Below are positions 1 through 12,081 of a stretch of DNA of 64,000 nt, one piece after another (the first letter of the stretch is position 1; each line of letters begins with the position of its first letter). A model generated the notes under the pieces. That model did no database searches. It was given only the letters and a program-made list of their open reading frames with translations, and had not been told where the DNA came from. The position numbers and the translations under genes were made by a program. This DNA comes from an uncultured Holdemania sp. Its GTDB lineage: Bacteria > Bacillota_I > Bacilli_A > Erysipelotrichales > Erysipelotrichaceae. The stretch is from positions 122,472 to 186,471 of the forward strand of contig CAYJEY010000002.1 of assembly GCA_964369385.1 (NCBI GenBank). Direction: 5' to 3'.

Positions 1-102
1 ACCAGCAGATCCAGTATATACTGTTTCGTTCAATTCTTTTTCTACTTTTGCCACTGTTGCTTGCATTTGTTGTGCTTGTTTTAATAAATTTTGTAAGTTC
101 AT
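1..102 (-). CDS. ebfC: YbaB/EbfC nucleoid-associated protein, N-terminal part (truncated by window edge)
   Basis: Reverse translation of 1..102 gives MNLQNLLKQAQQMQATVAKVEKELNETVYTGSAG, the typical YbaB/EbfC N-terminus. A GGAGGA RBS at 111-116 lies inside the dnaX 3' end. The downstream position relative to dnaX matches Bacillus synteny (dnaX-yaaK-recR). Confidence 0.7.
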   Translation of the reverse strand, partial: MNLQNLLKQAQQMQATVAKVEKELNETVYTGSAG

Positions 103-103
103 C

Positions 104-1870
104 TTAATCTTCCTCCACTATTACAAAATCATCGCCAAATAAATTGACCATGGTATTTAAATCTTTCTCTTTAATATCTTCTTTTTTTTCTTCTTTTATC
201 ACTATTTCTCTCAATGTTAACTTCATTGGAGATGGTAGCGTTTGTGCATTTCTTCGTTCAATAAACTGTTTTGTAGCATATACAATTTGATCTATTGTTG
301 TTACAAACAAATGCTTATTTACAATTAGTTCGTTACACATAAAACTTTCCAATTCTTGAATTTGCTCTTGGATTTCATTCACATGTGCTTGATTATCTAC
401 TTGAATTAACACAAAGTATTCACCACTCACGGCAACCGTACTACTTCTAAGTAACATTGCATAACGAGCACAATGCATTTCTCGACTTTTTCTTTCAATT
501 AACTTCCAACATTCACTGTCTTTTAATTTTTCTTCTTTGCTTCCTTGTACCATTAATGAAAGTATTTCATCTGTAGTCATAGATTTTGCTTCAAATTCTA
601 TGATTTGTTGTGCTGTATTAGTTGTATCATCTAATTGTATAACCTTAGGTATACTCATTGAATCATCTTCTTTATCAGTTATTTTTTGCTCTAATTTAGA
701 CACTATAGTAGTATTTGGTATTTTTTGTTCTACCATATTCGCCTTTAAGTGTATACTTGATGACTCCTGTGGAACAACTTGTACATCTGCTTGGCTTTGT
801 AAATCCATTAATTTTAATATAGCAACTTCAAAATATGAATGAACATTAGATGCTCCTTTATATTTATTTGCAGTTTCCATTAACATATCTGTCATCGCGA
901 GCAATTTAGTAATATTTGATTGAGATAGTATTTCTTGAACTTCCTCATTTTTCAATTTAAGTAATAATGATTCATCTTTTGTATATCCATAAATAACTGT
1001 TTCTTTTAATACTTCTATTAGGTCTGATGTTAATCTTCTAATATCAATTCCTTTATCTTTCCAAGCATTGATTTGATTTAAAACTGCTTTTGCATCTTTA
1101 TTGATTACATATTGTAATACAGTTAGTTTTTCTTTTACTGTTGTTATACCGTAGATTTCATTAACATGCATAGAATTAATGTCATTTTGAGCATAAGCAA
1201 TACATTGATCAAGTATGCTCAAGGCATCCCTCATACCACCATCAGCTAACTCTGCAATTAATCTTATTGCTTCTTCGCTACACTTTATGTTTTCATTACT
1301 TACTACTTCACTCAATCGCAGCATCATCTCCGGTGTTTCAACTTTTGTGAAATCATAACGTTGACATCTTGATATTATAGTCGGTAACACCTTATGTGGT
1401 TCTGTTGTAGCTAATACAAAGATTACATGTGATGGTGGTTCCTCTAATGTTTTCAGTAATGCATTAAATGCACCAGTAGAAAGCATGTGAACCTCATCTA
1501 TAATGTACACTTTATATGTACTTTCAATTGGACTGTATTTTACTTTATCTATCAAGCTTCTAATTTCATCAACACCATTATTACTAGCCGCATCAATCTC
1601 AACTATATCCGGGTGATTACCTTTTTTTATTGATTGACACTGAATACATTGACCACACGGTGAATGTTCTTTATCTAAACAATTTACTGCTTTTGCAAGA
1701 ATTTTTGCAATTGATGTTTTCCCTGTACCTCTTGGACCACAAAACAGATATGCGTGAGCAATCTTATTTTGTCTTACAGCGTTTTGAAGCGTTAATACTA
1801 CATGTTGCTGCCCTACTACCTCTTCAAAGGAGGCAGGCCGATAAGTCCGATATAGCGCTTTATACCCCAT
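104..1870 (-). CDS. dnaX: DNA polymerase III subunit tau/gamma
   Basis: 588 aa with a Walker A motif (GPRGTGKTS), a clamp-loader AAA+ domain, a zinc-finger Cys cluster (CLDKEHSPCGQCIQC) and a long tau C-terminal extension. Confidence 0.95.
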   Translation of the reverse strand: MGYKALYRTYRPASFEEVVGQQHVVLTLQNAVRQNKIAHAYLFCGPRGTGKTSIAKILAKAVNCLDKEHSPCGQCIQCQSIKKGNHPDIVEIDAASNNGVDEIRSLIDKVKYSPIESTYKVYIIDEVHMLSTGAFNALLKTLEEPPSHVIFVLATTEPHKVLPTIISRCQRYDFTKVETPEMMLRLSEVVSNENIKCSEEAIRLIAELADGGMRDALSILDQCIAYAQNDINSMHVNEIYGITTVKEKLTVLQYVINKDAKAVLNQINAWKDKGIDIRRLTSDLIEVLKETVIYGYTKDESLLLKLKNEEVQEILSQSNITKLLAMTDMLMETANKYKGASNVHSYFEVAILKLMDLQSQADVQVVPQESSSIHLKANMVEQKIPNTTIVSKLEQKITDKEDDSMSIPKVIQLDDTTNTAQQIIEFEAKSMTTDEILSLMVQGSKEEKLKDSECWKLIERKSREMHCARYAMLLRSSTVAVSGEYFVLIQVDNQAHVNEIQEQIQELESFMCNELIVNKHLFVTTIDQIVYATKQFIERRNAQTLPSPMKLTLREIVIKEEKKEDIKEKDLNTMVNLFGDDFVIVEED

Positions 1871-1950
1871 AAATTCCTCCTTGCTTGCATAGATTATTAT
1901 ACCAAATTTCTCTACTTAGTGATACCTTTAAAAGAAAAACTGATGAATTA

Positions 1951-2433
1951 TTACTCAATCTCATCAGCCTTTTTTTTATTTTGTTTTCTTCTCTCCTTAA
2001 AGAAATTACTTATAATTTCAGAACATTCTTTTTCTAAAATTCCAGATGTAATTTCGGGATAATGATTTAACGTTGGAATTTCATTTATATTAAAGGAACT
2101 CCCATAACTACCGCCTTTTTTATCATATGCACCAAATACAACACGTTTAATTCGTGATTGCATAATAGCACCTGCACACATGGGGCAAGGTTCAAGTGTA
2201 ACATAAAGAACACAATCTTCTAACCTCCAAGTGTTTAGTTTTTTACATGCACTTTGGATACATAACAATTCCGCATGATTTAATGATATCTGCTTTGTTT
2301 CTCTAGTATTGTGACCCTTAGATATTACTTTATCCTGATAAACTAATACTGCACCTACAGGAACTTCTTCTTTTTTTAGTGCTTTTTGAGCTTCCTTTAA
2401 AGCAAGTTTCATGAAATGATGATCTAAATCCAT
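1951..2433 (-). CDS. tadA: tRNA-specific adenosine deaminase (CDA fold, HAE...PCxxC zinc motif)
   Basis: The deaminase motifs HAELLCI and PCPMCAGAI are present. The likely true start is the ATG at 2431-2433, preceded by GGAGG. The track ORF extends to 2472 through an implausible N-terminal extension (MLVCTTFFIYGGS). Confidence 0.88.
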   Translation of the reverse strand: MDLDHHFMKLALKEAQKALKKEEVPVGAVLVYQDKVISKGHNTRETKQISLNHAELLCIQSACKKLNTWRLEDCVLYVTLEPCPMCAGAIMQSRIKRVVFGAYDKKGGSYGSSFNINEIPTLNHYPEITSGILEKECSEIISNFFKERRKQNKKKADEIE

Positions 2434-2448
2434 AGAACCTCCATATAT

Positions 2449-2530
2449 AAAAAAAGTGGTACACACAAGCAATAATTCTTATGGCTGCTACGTTCCCGTC
2501 CTGACCAGATTCGAAGTCACTTGTTGTACC
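2449..2530 (-). ncRNA. ffs: small (4.5S-type) signal recognition particle RNA, about 80 nt
   Basis: Minus-strand sequence is GGUACAACAAGUGACUUCGAAUCUGGUCAGGACGGGAACGUAGCAGCCAUAAGAAUUAUUGCUUGUGUGUACC followed by a U7 tract. It contains the conserved SRP RNA domain IV motif: UCAGG-ACG-GGAA-CGU-AGCAGCC, i.e. a symmetric loop plus a GGAA tetraloop. The 5' and 3' ends pair (GGUACAACAAG with CUUGUGUGUACC). A consensus promoter lies immediately upstream. Confidence 0.7.
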
Positions 2531-2537
2531 GTAATTA

Positions 2538-2566
2538 ATTATACATGATTAACTTATCATCGACAA
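2538..2566 (-). promoter_or_regulatory. sigma-A promoter for ffs (-35 TTGTCG, 17-nt spacer, -10 TATAAT)
   Basis: On the minus strand the sequence reads TTGTCG-atgataagttaatcatg-TATAAT-taattac-GG. The -35 hexamer is at 2561-2566, the -10 at 2538-2543, and the predicted TSS at about 2530. Confidence 0.6.
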
Positions 2567-2603
2567 CTATCTATTTACTTTTTTTTGTTTCACGTGAAAC
2601 ATT

Positions 2604-3887
2604 TTATTTTACTTCTATTTTTTCTTTGTGTCCCATATATACTCGAAGTGCCTCTGGAACACGAATACTTCCATCCTCCTCTAAGTTATTTTCTAAAAAT
2701 GCAATTAACATTCTTGGAGGAGCAACCACGGTATTGTTTAATGTATGTGCGAAATACTTTCCTTTTTCCCCTTGAACACGAATACGTAAGCGTCTTGCTT
2801 GAGCATCTCCAAGATTCGAGCAACTACCAACTTCAAAATATTTCTGTTGACGTGGAGACCACGCTTCTACATCTACACTTTTTACTTTTAAATCAGCTAA
2901 ATCCCCTGAACAACACTCAATTGTTCTAACAGGAACATCTAGTGTTTTAAAGAATTCAACAGTGTATTTCCACATTTTTTCAAACCATTCTGGTGATTCT
3001 TCCGGTTTACATACTACAACCATTTCTTGTTTCTCAAATTGATGGATACGATAAACACCACGTTCTTCAATACCATGTGCCCCTACTTCTTTTCTAAAGC
3101 AAGGAGAGTAACTTGTAAGTGCCTCTGGCAACAACGTTTCATCCAAAATTGTATCAATATATTTTCCGATCATTGAATGTTCACTTGTTCCGATAAGATA
3201 CAAATCTTCACCTTCAATTTTATACATCATATTTTCCATTTCAGAGAAACTCATTACTCCAGATACAACTTCACTACGAATCATATATGGTGGAATAACA
3301 TATTCAAATCCTTTATCGATCATAAAATCACGAGCATAAGATAATACCGCAGAATGCAAACGTGCTATATCACCTCTAAAGTAATAGAAACCTGTACCAC
3401 TCGTCTTACGAGCGCTATCTAAGTCAATCCCTTTTAGTTTTTCCATTATCTCAACATGATATGGAATTTCGTAACTTGGAACAACTGGATCACCGAATTT
3501 TTCCAATTCTACATTTTCACTATCATCTTTTCCTAATGGAACTGTTGGATCGATGATATTTGGTAAAACCATCATGATTTTTTCAATTTTCTCTTGTAAT
3601 TCAGCTTCTTTTTTTTCTAAATCTACAAGTTCCTGTGCTAATTCCGTAACCTTTTGCTTTACTTCTTCAGCTTCTTCTTTTTTACCTTGCCCCATAAGAG
3701 CTCCAATTTCTTTCGAAATTTTGTTTCTTGATGATCTAATCTCATCACCTCTTGTTTTTGAAGCACGATAATCAATATCTAATTGAATTACTTCATCAAC
3801 AAGTTCTAACTTGCTTTCTTGAAATTTTTTCTTGATGTTCTCTCTTACGACATCTGGGTTGGTTCTTAATAAATTGATATCTAACAT
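2604..3887 (-). CDS. serS: seryl-tRNA synthetase
   Basis: 427 aa with an N-terminal coiled-coil arm and class II aaRS core motifs. It sits in the Bacillus-like position between tadA and the gyrA side. Confidence 0.95.
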   Translation of the reverse strand: MLDINLLRTNPDVVRENIKKKFQESKLELVDEVIQLDIDYRASKTRGDEIRSSRNKISKEIGALMGQGKKEEAEEVKQKVTELAQELVDLEKKEAELQEKIEKIMMVLPNIIDPTVPLGKDDSENVELEKFGDPVVPSYEIPYHVEIMEKLKGIDLDSARKTSGTGFYYFRGDIARLHSAVLSYARDFMIDKGFEYVIPPYMIRSEVVSGVMSFSEMENMMYKIEGEDLYLIGTSEHSMIGKYIDTILDETLLPEALTSYSPCFRKEVGAHGIEERGVYRIHQFEKQEMVVVCKPEESPEWFEKMWKYTVEFFKTLDVPVRTIECCSGDLADLKVKSVDVEAWSPRQQKYFEVGSCSNLGDAQARRLRIRVQGEKGKYFAHTLNNTVVAPPRMLIAFLENNLEEDGSIRVPEALRVYMGHKEKIEVK

Positions 3888-3902
3888 ATTTTCCTCCTAA
3901 AA

Positions 3903-4116
3903 ATAAAAAAAGGTTAGCAAAGGGACGATTCCTCGTGTTGCCACCCTACTTGTATTGTTTCACGTGAAACAATACCACTCACTAGTTATAACGGAACAAC
4001 CGTGAAGTTTTTTACCTTCCGCTCAAAGATAGATTCATTTAGTTTTATTTGCAATTCTCAGCACCATTGCATCTCTTAAAATAAATAACTAAACTACTAG
4101 TTCTTTTCAACGCTTA
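3903..4116 (-). promoter_or_regulatory. T-box riboswitch leader of serS (Ser-specific by context)
   Basis: The minus-strand leader carries the T-box consensus AAGUAGGGUGGCAACACGAGG (plus 3931-3947). A UGGC bulge is complementary to a GCCA tRNA end, consistent with discriminator G73 as in tRNA-Ser. There is a stem I AGAGA motif, a possible UCU specifier, a stem III hairpin at 3954-3973, and a terminator hairpin plus U-run at 3903-3930. The candidate promoter is -35 TTGACT (4147-4152), 17-nt spacer, -10 TTAAAT (4124-4129). Confidence 0.65.
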
Positions 4117-4214
4117 TGTTATTATTTAACCACTACTCTCAAATAAAGTCAATTAAGCAAAATAAAATATTCATATAATTAGACGCAAATACAATGAATA
4201 TTCTAAAATCCGTT

Positions 4215-4243
4215 TTGACATCAATCTCAATCAGTAATATAAT
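4215..4243 (+). promoter_or_regulatory. consensus sigma-A promoter (TTGACA-17-TATAAT) for the TetR gene
   Basis: Perfect -35 TTGACA (4215-4220), a 17-nt spacer and perfect -10 TATAAT (4238-4243). A GAGGAAA RBS lies before the ATG at 4272. Confidence 0.65.
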
Positions 4244-4271
4244 AACTAAGCGGAATTGAGGAAATATATAT

Positions 4272-4865
4272 ATGACAATAAAAGGGAACAAGACAAAGCT
4301 TAATATTTTGAAAACAGCTCAAGTACTTTTTACACAAAAAGGATATAAAGAAACAAGTATGCAAGATATATGTGATGTTACAGGTTTAAGTCGTGGGGGA
4401 TTATATCGTCATTTTGGAAATAAGGATCAGGTATTCACTCAAATACTATTATCTATTGTAGAATCACAAATTCATTTTGTTCAAGAATCTATGGATGATG
4501 ATGCTCCTGCAGAGGAAGTTCTTGATAGTCTTCTTGAATATTACTTTAAAGTATTAGTAGGGCACGAGAATTCATTACCTTTAGCAATCGGGGAATTCTT
4601 TAATACTACAGATAATAGCGATTTATTAAATCAAGTATTCTCATCATTAACTAAACTATGGGATGACGTTATTTTATATGGTGTTAAAAGAGGTGAATTC
4701 AAAGTTATTGAGGCGCAATTAATTTTTGATTTAGTTTTTTACACTTCTCAAGGAATTGGAATCTATCGTAAACACAGTCTTTCAAATGAAGATGCATCAA
4801 GTATTATCATCCAACACATTAAATCCTTGATTATTGATAATCAAGTAAAAGAGCCACTCTATTAG
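4272..4865 (+). CDS. TetR/AcrR family transcriptional regulator
   Basis: The N-terminal HTH matches the TetR signature (KGYKETSMQDICDVTGLSRGGLYRHFGNKDQV). Length is 197 aa. Confidence 0.8.
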   Translation: MTIKGNKTKLNILKTAQVLFTQKGYKETSMQDICDVTGLSRGGLYRHFGNKDQVFTQILLSIVESQIHFVQESMDDDAPAEEVLDSLLEYYFKVLVGHENSLPLAIGEFFNTTDNSDLLNQVFSSLTKLWDDVILYGVKRGEFKVIEAQLIFDLVFYTSQGIGIYRKHSLSNEDASSIIIQHIKSLIIDNQVKEPLY

Positions 4866-4877
4866 AGTGGCCCTTTT

Positions 4878-7358
4878 TTATTCTACTATTTCTGTAACTT
4901 CTTCTATTACTTCTTCTTGTTTGTCAACGATAGCAACTGTAGATACTCTTCCACCCTCTGCTGGAGTAATTAACTTAACTCCTTGTGTTGTTCTACCATA
5001 AATAGATACAGCAGATAAGCTTATTCGAATCACAATACCATCATCTGTCATGATCATGCAATCTTCATCTCCATTTACTGCACGTAACGAGACAAGAGCA
5101 CCATTCTTTTCTGTAATATTAATTGTTTTTACACCTTTAGCACCACGATTAGTAATACGGTATTCATCTAAATCTGATTTTTTACCATATCCTTTCTCGG
5201 TTACTACAAGAATGTATTTTCCTTCTTTATCTGTAGTCATCCCGATTACATGGCTACCATCAACATTAAATCCTCTTACTCCTGATGCGGTTCTTCCCAT
5301 TGGTCGAATTGCTGTTTCGTTGAATCTTACAGCTTTACCATTTGCACCTGCAATGATAATTTGATCATCACCTGTCGTTAGCTTAACTGCAATTAGCTCA
5401 TCATTTTCTTTCATCGTAATGGCAATTTTTCCATTTTGTCGAATATTATGGAACTCAGTAATTGGAGTTTTCTTAACTACTCCATTCTTAGTCGCAAAGA
5501 ATAAGCTTGATGTCGATTCTGATTCACCACGTTTAACAGCAATTAGAGCCTTCACCTTCTCTTCTTTGTCCAATGATAGTAGATTTACTACTGGAATACC
5601 TTTCGCCGTTCTTGAAGCCATAGGAACGCGGTATCCGCGAATACGATAAACTTTCCCAAGGTTTGTAAACATCATTAAATCATCATGCGTACTCATCACA
5701 AGGAATTGGTCAATGATATCATCTTCATTTACTGCCATTCCTTTAATTCCTTTACCACCTCGATTTTGCGTTTTATAGGTATCCACTGGAATACGTTTTA
5801 CATATCCATTTGTAGTCATCGTAATAACAATATCTTCAACAGGAATTAAATCTTCATCTTCAATTCCAATTTCACCTTCACCGATTTCAGTTCTTCTAGC
5901 ATCATTAAAACGCGCTTTGATTTCTGTTAAATCCGTTTTAATAATAGAAAGTATACGACTATGATTGGCAAGAATATCTTTATAATCAGCAATCATCACC
6001 ATTAATCCATTATACTCTTCTTCGATTTTTTGGCGTTCTAATCCTGTTAATCTTCTAAACTGCATATCTAATATTGCTTTTGCTTGTACTTCAGATAAAT
6101 TAAAACGTGTTATTAATTCATTAAGAGCAGTAGCTGGATCTTTAGACTGACGTAACAAAGTAATAATTTCATCTAAGTTGTCTAACGCAATCTTTAACCC
6201 TTCTAAGATATGTGCTCTTTCTTCAGCTTTCTTTAAATCAAACTGAGTTTTTCTTGTAATTACTTCAACTTGATGGTCAATATAGTGTGTTAATACCGGT
6301 TTTAATCCAAGCTGTTGCGGAACATTATTCACTAACACAATTGTATTTACACCAAATGTAGTTTGCATTGAAGTCATACGATACAACTGATTTAAAATAA
6401 CATCTGGCTGTACGTCTTTTCTTAACTCGATTACGATTTTAATTCCAACGCGATTTGATTCATCGCGTAAATCAGTAATACCATCAATTGATTTATCACG
6501 AGCTAAACTTGCAATTTTTTCAACTAATGTTGATTTATTTACTTGGTATGGAATTTCAGTTACAATAATACGCTTCTTTCCATTATCCATTTCTTCAATC
6601 GTTGATTTTGCACGTGTAATAATAGACCCACGACCTGTTTCATATGCTTGACGAATTCCTGTTTTACCAAGAATGATAGCCCCTGTTGGGAAGTCAGGAC
6701 CGAAAATATAATTTTCCATTAGTTCAGTCACTGTAATGTCTGGGTTTTCCATTACTGCAATTGTAGCATCAATTGTTTCACCTAAGTTATGCGGTGGAAC
6801 ATTTGTCGCCATTCCTACTGCGATTCCTGTTGTCCCATTAACAAGTAAGTTAGGAAAACGTGCAGGCATAACTACTGGCTCTTTTTCTTCACCATCATAG
6901 TTTTCTGCCCAATCAACAGTTTCTTTATTGATGTCACGAACTAGCTCCATTGATATTTTAGCCATTTTTGCTTCCGTATAACGCATTGCGGCAGCACCGT
7001 CGCCATCAATAGATCCAAAGTTTCCATGCCCATCTACAAGAGGATATCGATAACTAAATTCTTGAGCCATACGAACCATAGCATCATAAACAGCAGTATC
7101 ACCGTGCGGGTGATATTTACCGATAACATCCCCAACAATACGTGCTGATTTCTTATGTGGTTTATCTGCAACAATACCTAAATCATTCATCGCGTGTAAT
7201 ATACGACGATGAACTGGTTTTAATCCATCTCTTACATCAGGTAAAGCCCTAGATACAATTACAGACATCGAGTAATCTAAGAATGAAGCTCTTATCTCAC
7301 TAGAAATATTGGTTTTCTTTATCTTTCCATGATTATGTTCTTTTGTAAATTCATCCAT
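4878..7358 (-). CDS. gyrA: DNA gyrase subunit A
   Basis: 826 aa with the GyrA N-terminus ([21 protein letters not shown]), the active-site Tyr region (AAMRYTEA) and an acidic C-terminal tail. Confidence 0.97.
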   Translation of the reverse strand: MDEFTKEHNHGKIKKTNISSEIRASFLDYSMSVIVSRALPDVRDGLKPVHRRILHAMNDLGIVADKPHKKSARIVGDVIGKYHPHGDTAVYDAMVRMAQEFSYRYPLVDGHGNFGSIDGDGAAAMRYTEAKMAKISMELVRDINKETVDWAENYDGEEKEPVVMPARFPNLLVNGTTGIAVGMATNVPPHNLGETIDATIAVMENPDITVTELMENYIFGPDFPTGAIILGKTGIRQAYETGRGSIITRAKSTIEEMDNGKKRIIVTEIPYQVNKSTLVEKIASLARDKSIDGITDLRDESNRVGIKIVIELRKDVQPDVILNQLYRMTSMQTTFGVNTIVLVNNVPQQLGLKPVLTHYIDHQVEVITRKTQFDLKKAEERAHILEGLKIALDNLDEIITLLRQSKDPATALNELITRFNLSEVQAKAILDMQFRRLTGLERQKIEEEYNGLMVMIADYKDILANHSRILSIIKTDLTEIKARFNDARRTEIGEGEIGIEDEDLIPVEDIVITMTTNGYVKRIPVDTYKTQNRGGKGIKGMAVNEDDIIDQFLVMSTHDDLMMFTNLGKVYRIRGYRVPMASRTAKGIPVVNLLSLDKEEKVKALIAVKRGESESTSSLFFATKNGVVKKTPITEFHNIRQNGKIAITMKENDELIAVKLTTGDDQIIIAGANGKAVRFNETAIRPMGRTASGVRGFNVDGSHVIGMTTDKEGKYILVVTEKGYGKKSDLDEYRITNRGAKGVKTINITEKNGALVSLRAVNGDEDCMIMTDDGIVIRISLSAVSIYGRTTQGVKLITPAEGGRVSTVAIVDKQEEVIEEVTEIVE

Positions 7359-7370
7359 TTATTGTTCCTC

Positions 7371-10391
<3,021 letters not shown>

Positions 10392-10395
<4 letters not shown>

Positions 10396-10595
10396 TTTCC
10401 AATTTCGTATTTTTGATCTTCAATATGAATATTATCACCAGGATACAATTTTCGTCCACGACGATCTTCTTTTTCACCATTAACGACAATTTTTAACTCT
10501 TTTACTGCAAGTTTTGCTTCTCCACCTGAAGATACCCAATCAGTTAATTTTAGTAATTGTGCTAAAGTAATAAATTCTTCATTTATCTTTATCAT
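10392..10595 (-). CDS. yaaA: S4-like RNA-binding protein YaaA
   Basis: 67 aa S4-fold protein (KLYPGDNIHIED) located between dnaN and recF, as in B. subtilis. Confidence 0.7.
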
Positions 10596-10773
10596 ATTTA
10601 CCTCTTTCTTCTGTTATTACAACATTTTAATTATACCACAAATCCTATTAAAATAGCATATAAATAAAAAGAAAGTAATGTAATATAGGGATATCAAATG
10701 AACAAAAAAACGCTTAAAATTGATTTAAATCAATAAATACAAAAAATCTGATAAAAAAGTATTGATTTCCGAA

Positions 10774-10808
10774 TAAAAAAAAGATACCAAGTTGTTTACT
10801 TAGTATCT
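10774..10808 (-). terminator. intrinsic terminator downstream of dnaN
   Basis: The AGATAC...GTATCT stem is followed on the minus strand by a U-run (plus A-run at 10774-10782). Confidence 0.5.
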
Positions 10809-10815
10809 ATTATTC

Positions 10816-11937
10816 TTAGTTATATGTTCTAACTGGTAAAATTAGTTGCAAGATTGAATCATCTTTTTCACTTTTTATAATGAAAGGTTTCATTTCACCA
10901 CTAAATTGAATATGGAATTTTCCTGCTGTCATATGTTTCATTGCATCATAAGCATATTTACCACTAAATGAGATACTTAGCTCTTCACCAACATATTCAA
11001 ACAAGCTTAATTTTTCTGTACAAGATCCAATTTCAGGTGACTTGCTAGATAAAATAACACTCTCTTGATTCAAAGTTAATTTAATAATTGATATCCCATC
11101 ACTTTTAATAAATAAAGCGCGATCAATTGCCTTCATCATATCTCTTCCATCAACGATTAATTCATGTTCAAATTGTTGAGGTATTAATCGATTTGTTTCA
11201 GGATAAACTCCTTCTAATAAACGAGTTTGAATAATGTTATTATTAATCCAAAACTGAGCTTTACGATCAGATACACAAATTAATATATCTTCTACTTTTT
11301 CAATAATTTTAGATAACTCGTTTAAGGTCTTTGCAGGAATTGTAATATTAAAAGTTGCTTCACTGTTTAATTCAACAGCTTTTCTTGCCAAACGGTAACT
11401 ATCTGTAGCAACACATTCTAATTTTTTACCATCTGCTTTAAAATTAACTCCTGTTAATATTTGACGTGTCTCTTTATCACTTGTTGCAAATGTAGTTTGA
11501 GAAATTACAGAAACTAATGCATCTGATGAAATAGTAAATTGTTGACTTGGTTTAGAAAAGTCAATACTAGGATATTCAGTAGACTTAAGACCATTGATTT
11601 CAAATTTTGAAGCACCACTACTAATACGTGTAAGTGCTCCATCAATAATTTCAATAGTTAAATCGCTTGTTTCAATTTTACGTACAATCTCATAAATATA
11701 TTTTGCTTCAAGGACAATACTTCCAGTTTCTTTAATCAATAGTCTAATATCTTCTTCATCAGATGTTAATGTTTTCATAATAGAAATATCAGAATCACTA
11801 CCAATCAAAATGATAGAATCATCATTAACCTCTATTTTTATACCTGATAATGCAGGAATGGGTGAATTGCTTGAAATTGATTTTGTTACAACTTGTAAAG
11901 CTCCCCAAAAAACTTTTTTTGAAATGCTAAAATTCAT
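10816..11937 (-). CDS. dnaN: DNA polymerase III beta sliding clamp
   Basis: 373 aa with a three-domain beta-clamp architecture. It lies immediately downstream of dnaA. Confidence 0.92.
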   Translation of the reverse strand: MNFSISKKVFWGALQVVTKSISSNSPIPALSGIKIEVNDDSIILIGSDSDISIMKTLTSDEEDIRLLIKETGSIVLEAKYIYEIVRKIETSDLTIEIIDGALTRISSGASKFEINGLKSTEYPSIDFSKPSQQFTISSDALVSVISQTTFATSDKETRQILTGVNFKADGKKLECVATDSYRLARKAVELNSEATFNITIPAKTLNELSKIIEKVEDILICVSDRKAQFWINNNIIQTRLLEGVYPETNRLIPQQFEHELIVDGRDMMKAIDRALFIKSDGISIIKLTLNQESVILSSKSPEIGSCTEKLSLFEYVGEELSISFSGKYAYDAMKHMTAGKFHIQFSGEMKPFIIKSEKDDSILQLILPVRTYN

Positions 11938-12081
11938 TTTGAATCCTCCTTAATTGTTTATTTTTTTATTAGATTTTATTATTAAGGCTGTGGAAATGTG
12001 GATAAAATCTAAAATAAGCTTTTATTACAGTATAATTTTATCATTTTTACCTGTGAAAATAAAGTGGTAAAATGGGGATAA
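11938..12081. other. oriC part 2: DnaA boxes plus AT-rich unwinding element between dnaA and dnaN
   Basis: A perfect TTATCCACA box (reverse, 11997-12005) overlaps an 8/9 box (11990-11998). A TTATCCCCA box is at 12072-12080. The AT-rich tract tttatttttttattagattttattatt (11957-11985) resembles the B. subtilis incC DUE. Confidence 0.7.

Noticed and set aside
537-842. Plus-strand 101-aa ORF inside dnaX, and similar antisense ORFs inside serS, gyrA, gyrB, mfd, gpmI, the BMP and ABC genes and others (e.g. 3553-3771, 5050-5364, 8053-8385, 20565-21907, 27440-28868, 46346-46774, 53240-53788)
   Set aside because: These are fully embedded antisense to long, strongly supported genes. They have low-complexity or hydrophobic composition typical of reverse-frame artefacts in AT-rich DNA and no RBS. 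I treat them as spurious.
2545-2929. Plus-strand ORFs of 76 and 114 aa spanning the ffs promoter and the serS 3' end
   Set aside because: The interval is explained by the minus-strand SRP RNA and its promoter, and by serS. The ORFs lack an RBS and have implausible composition.
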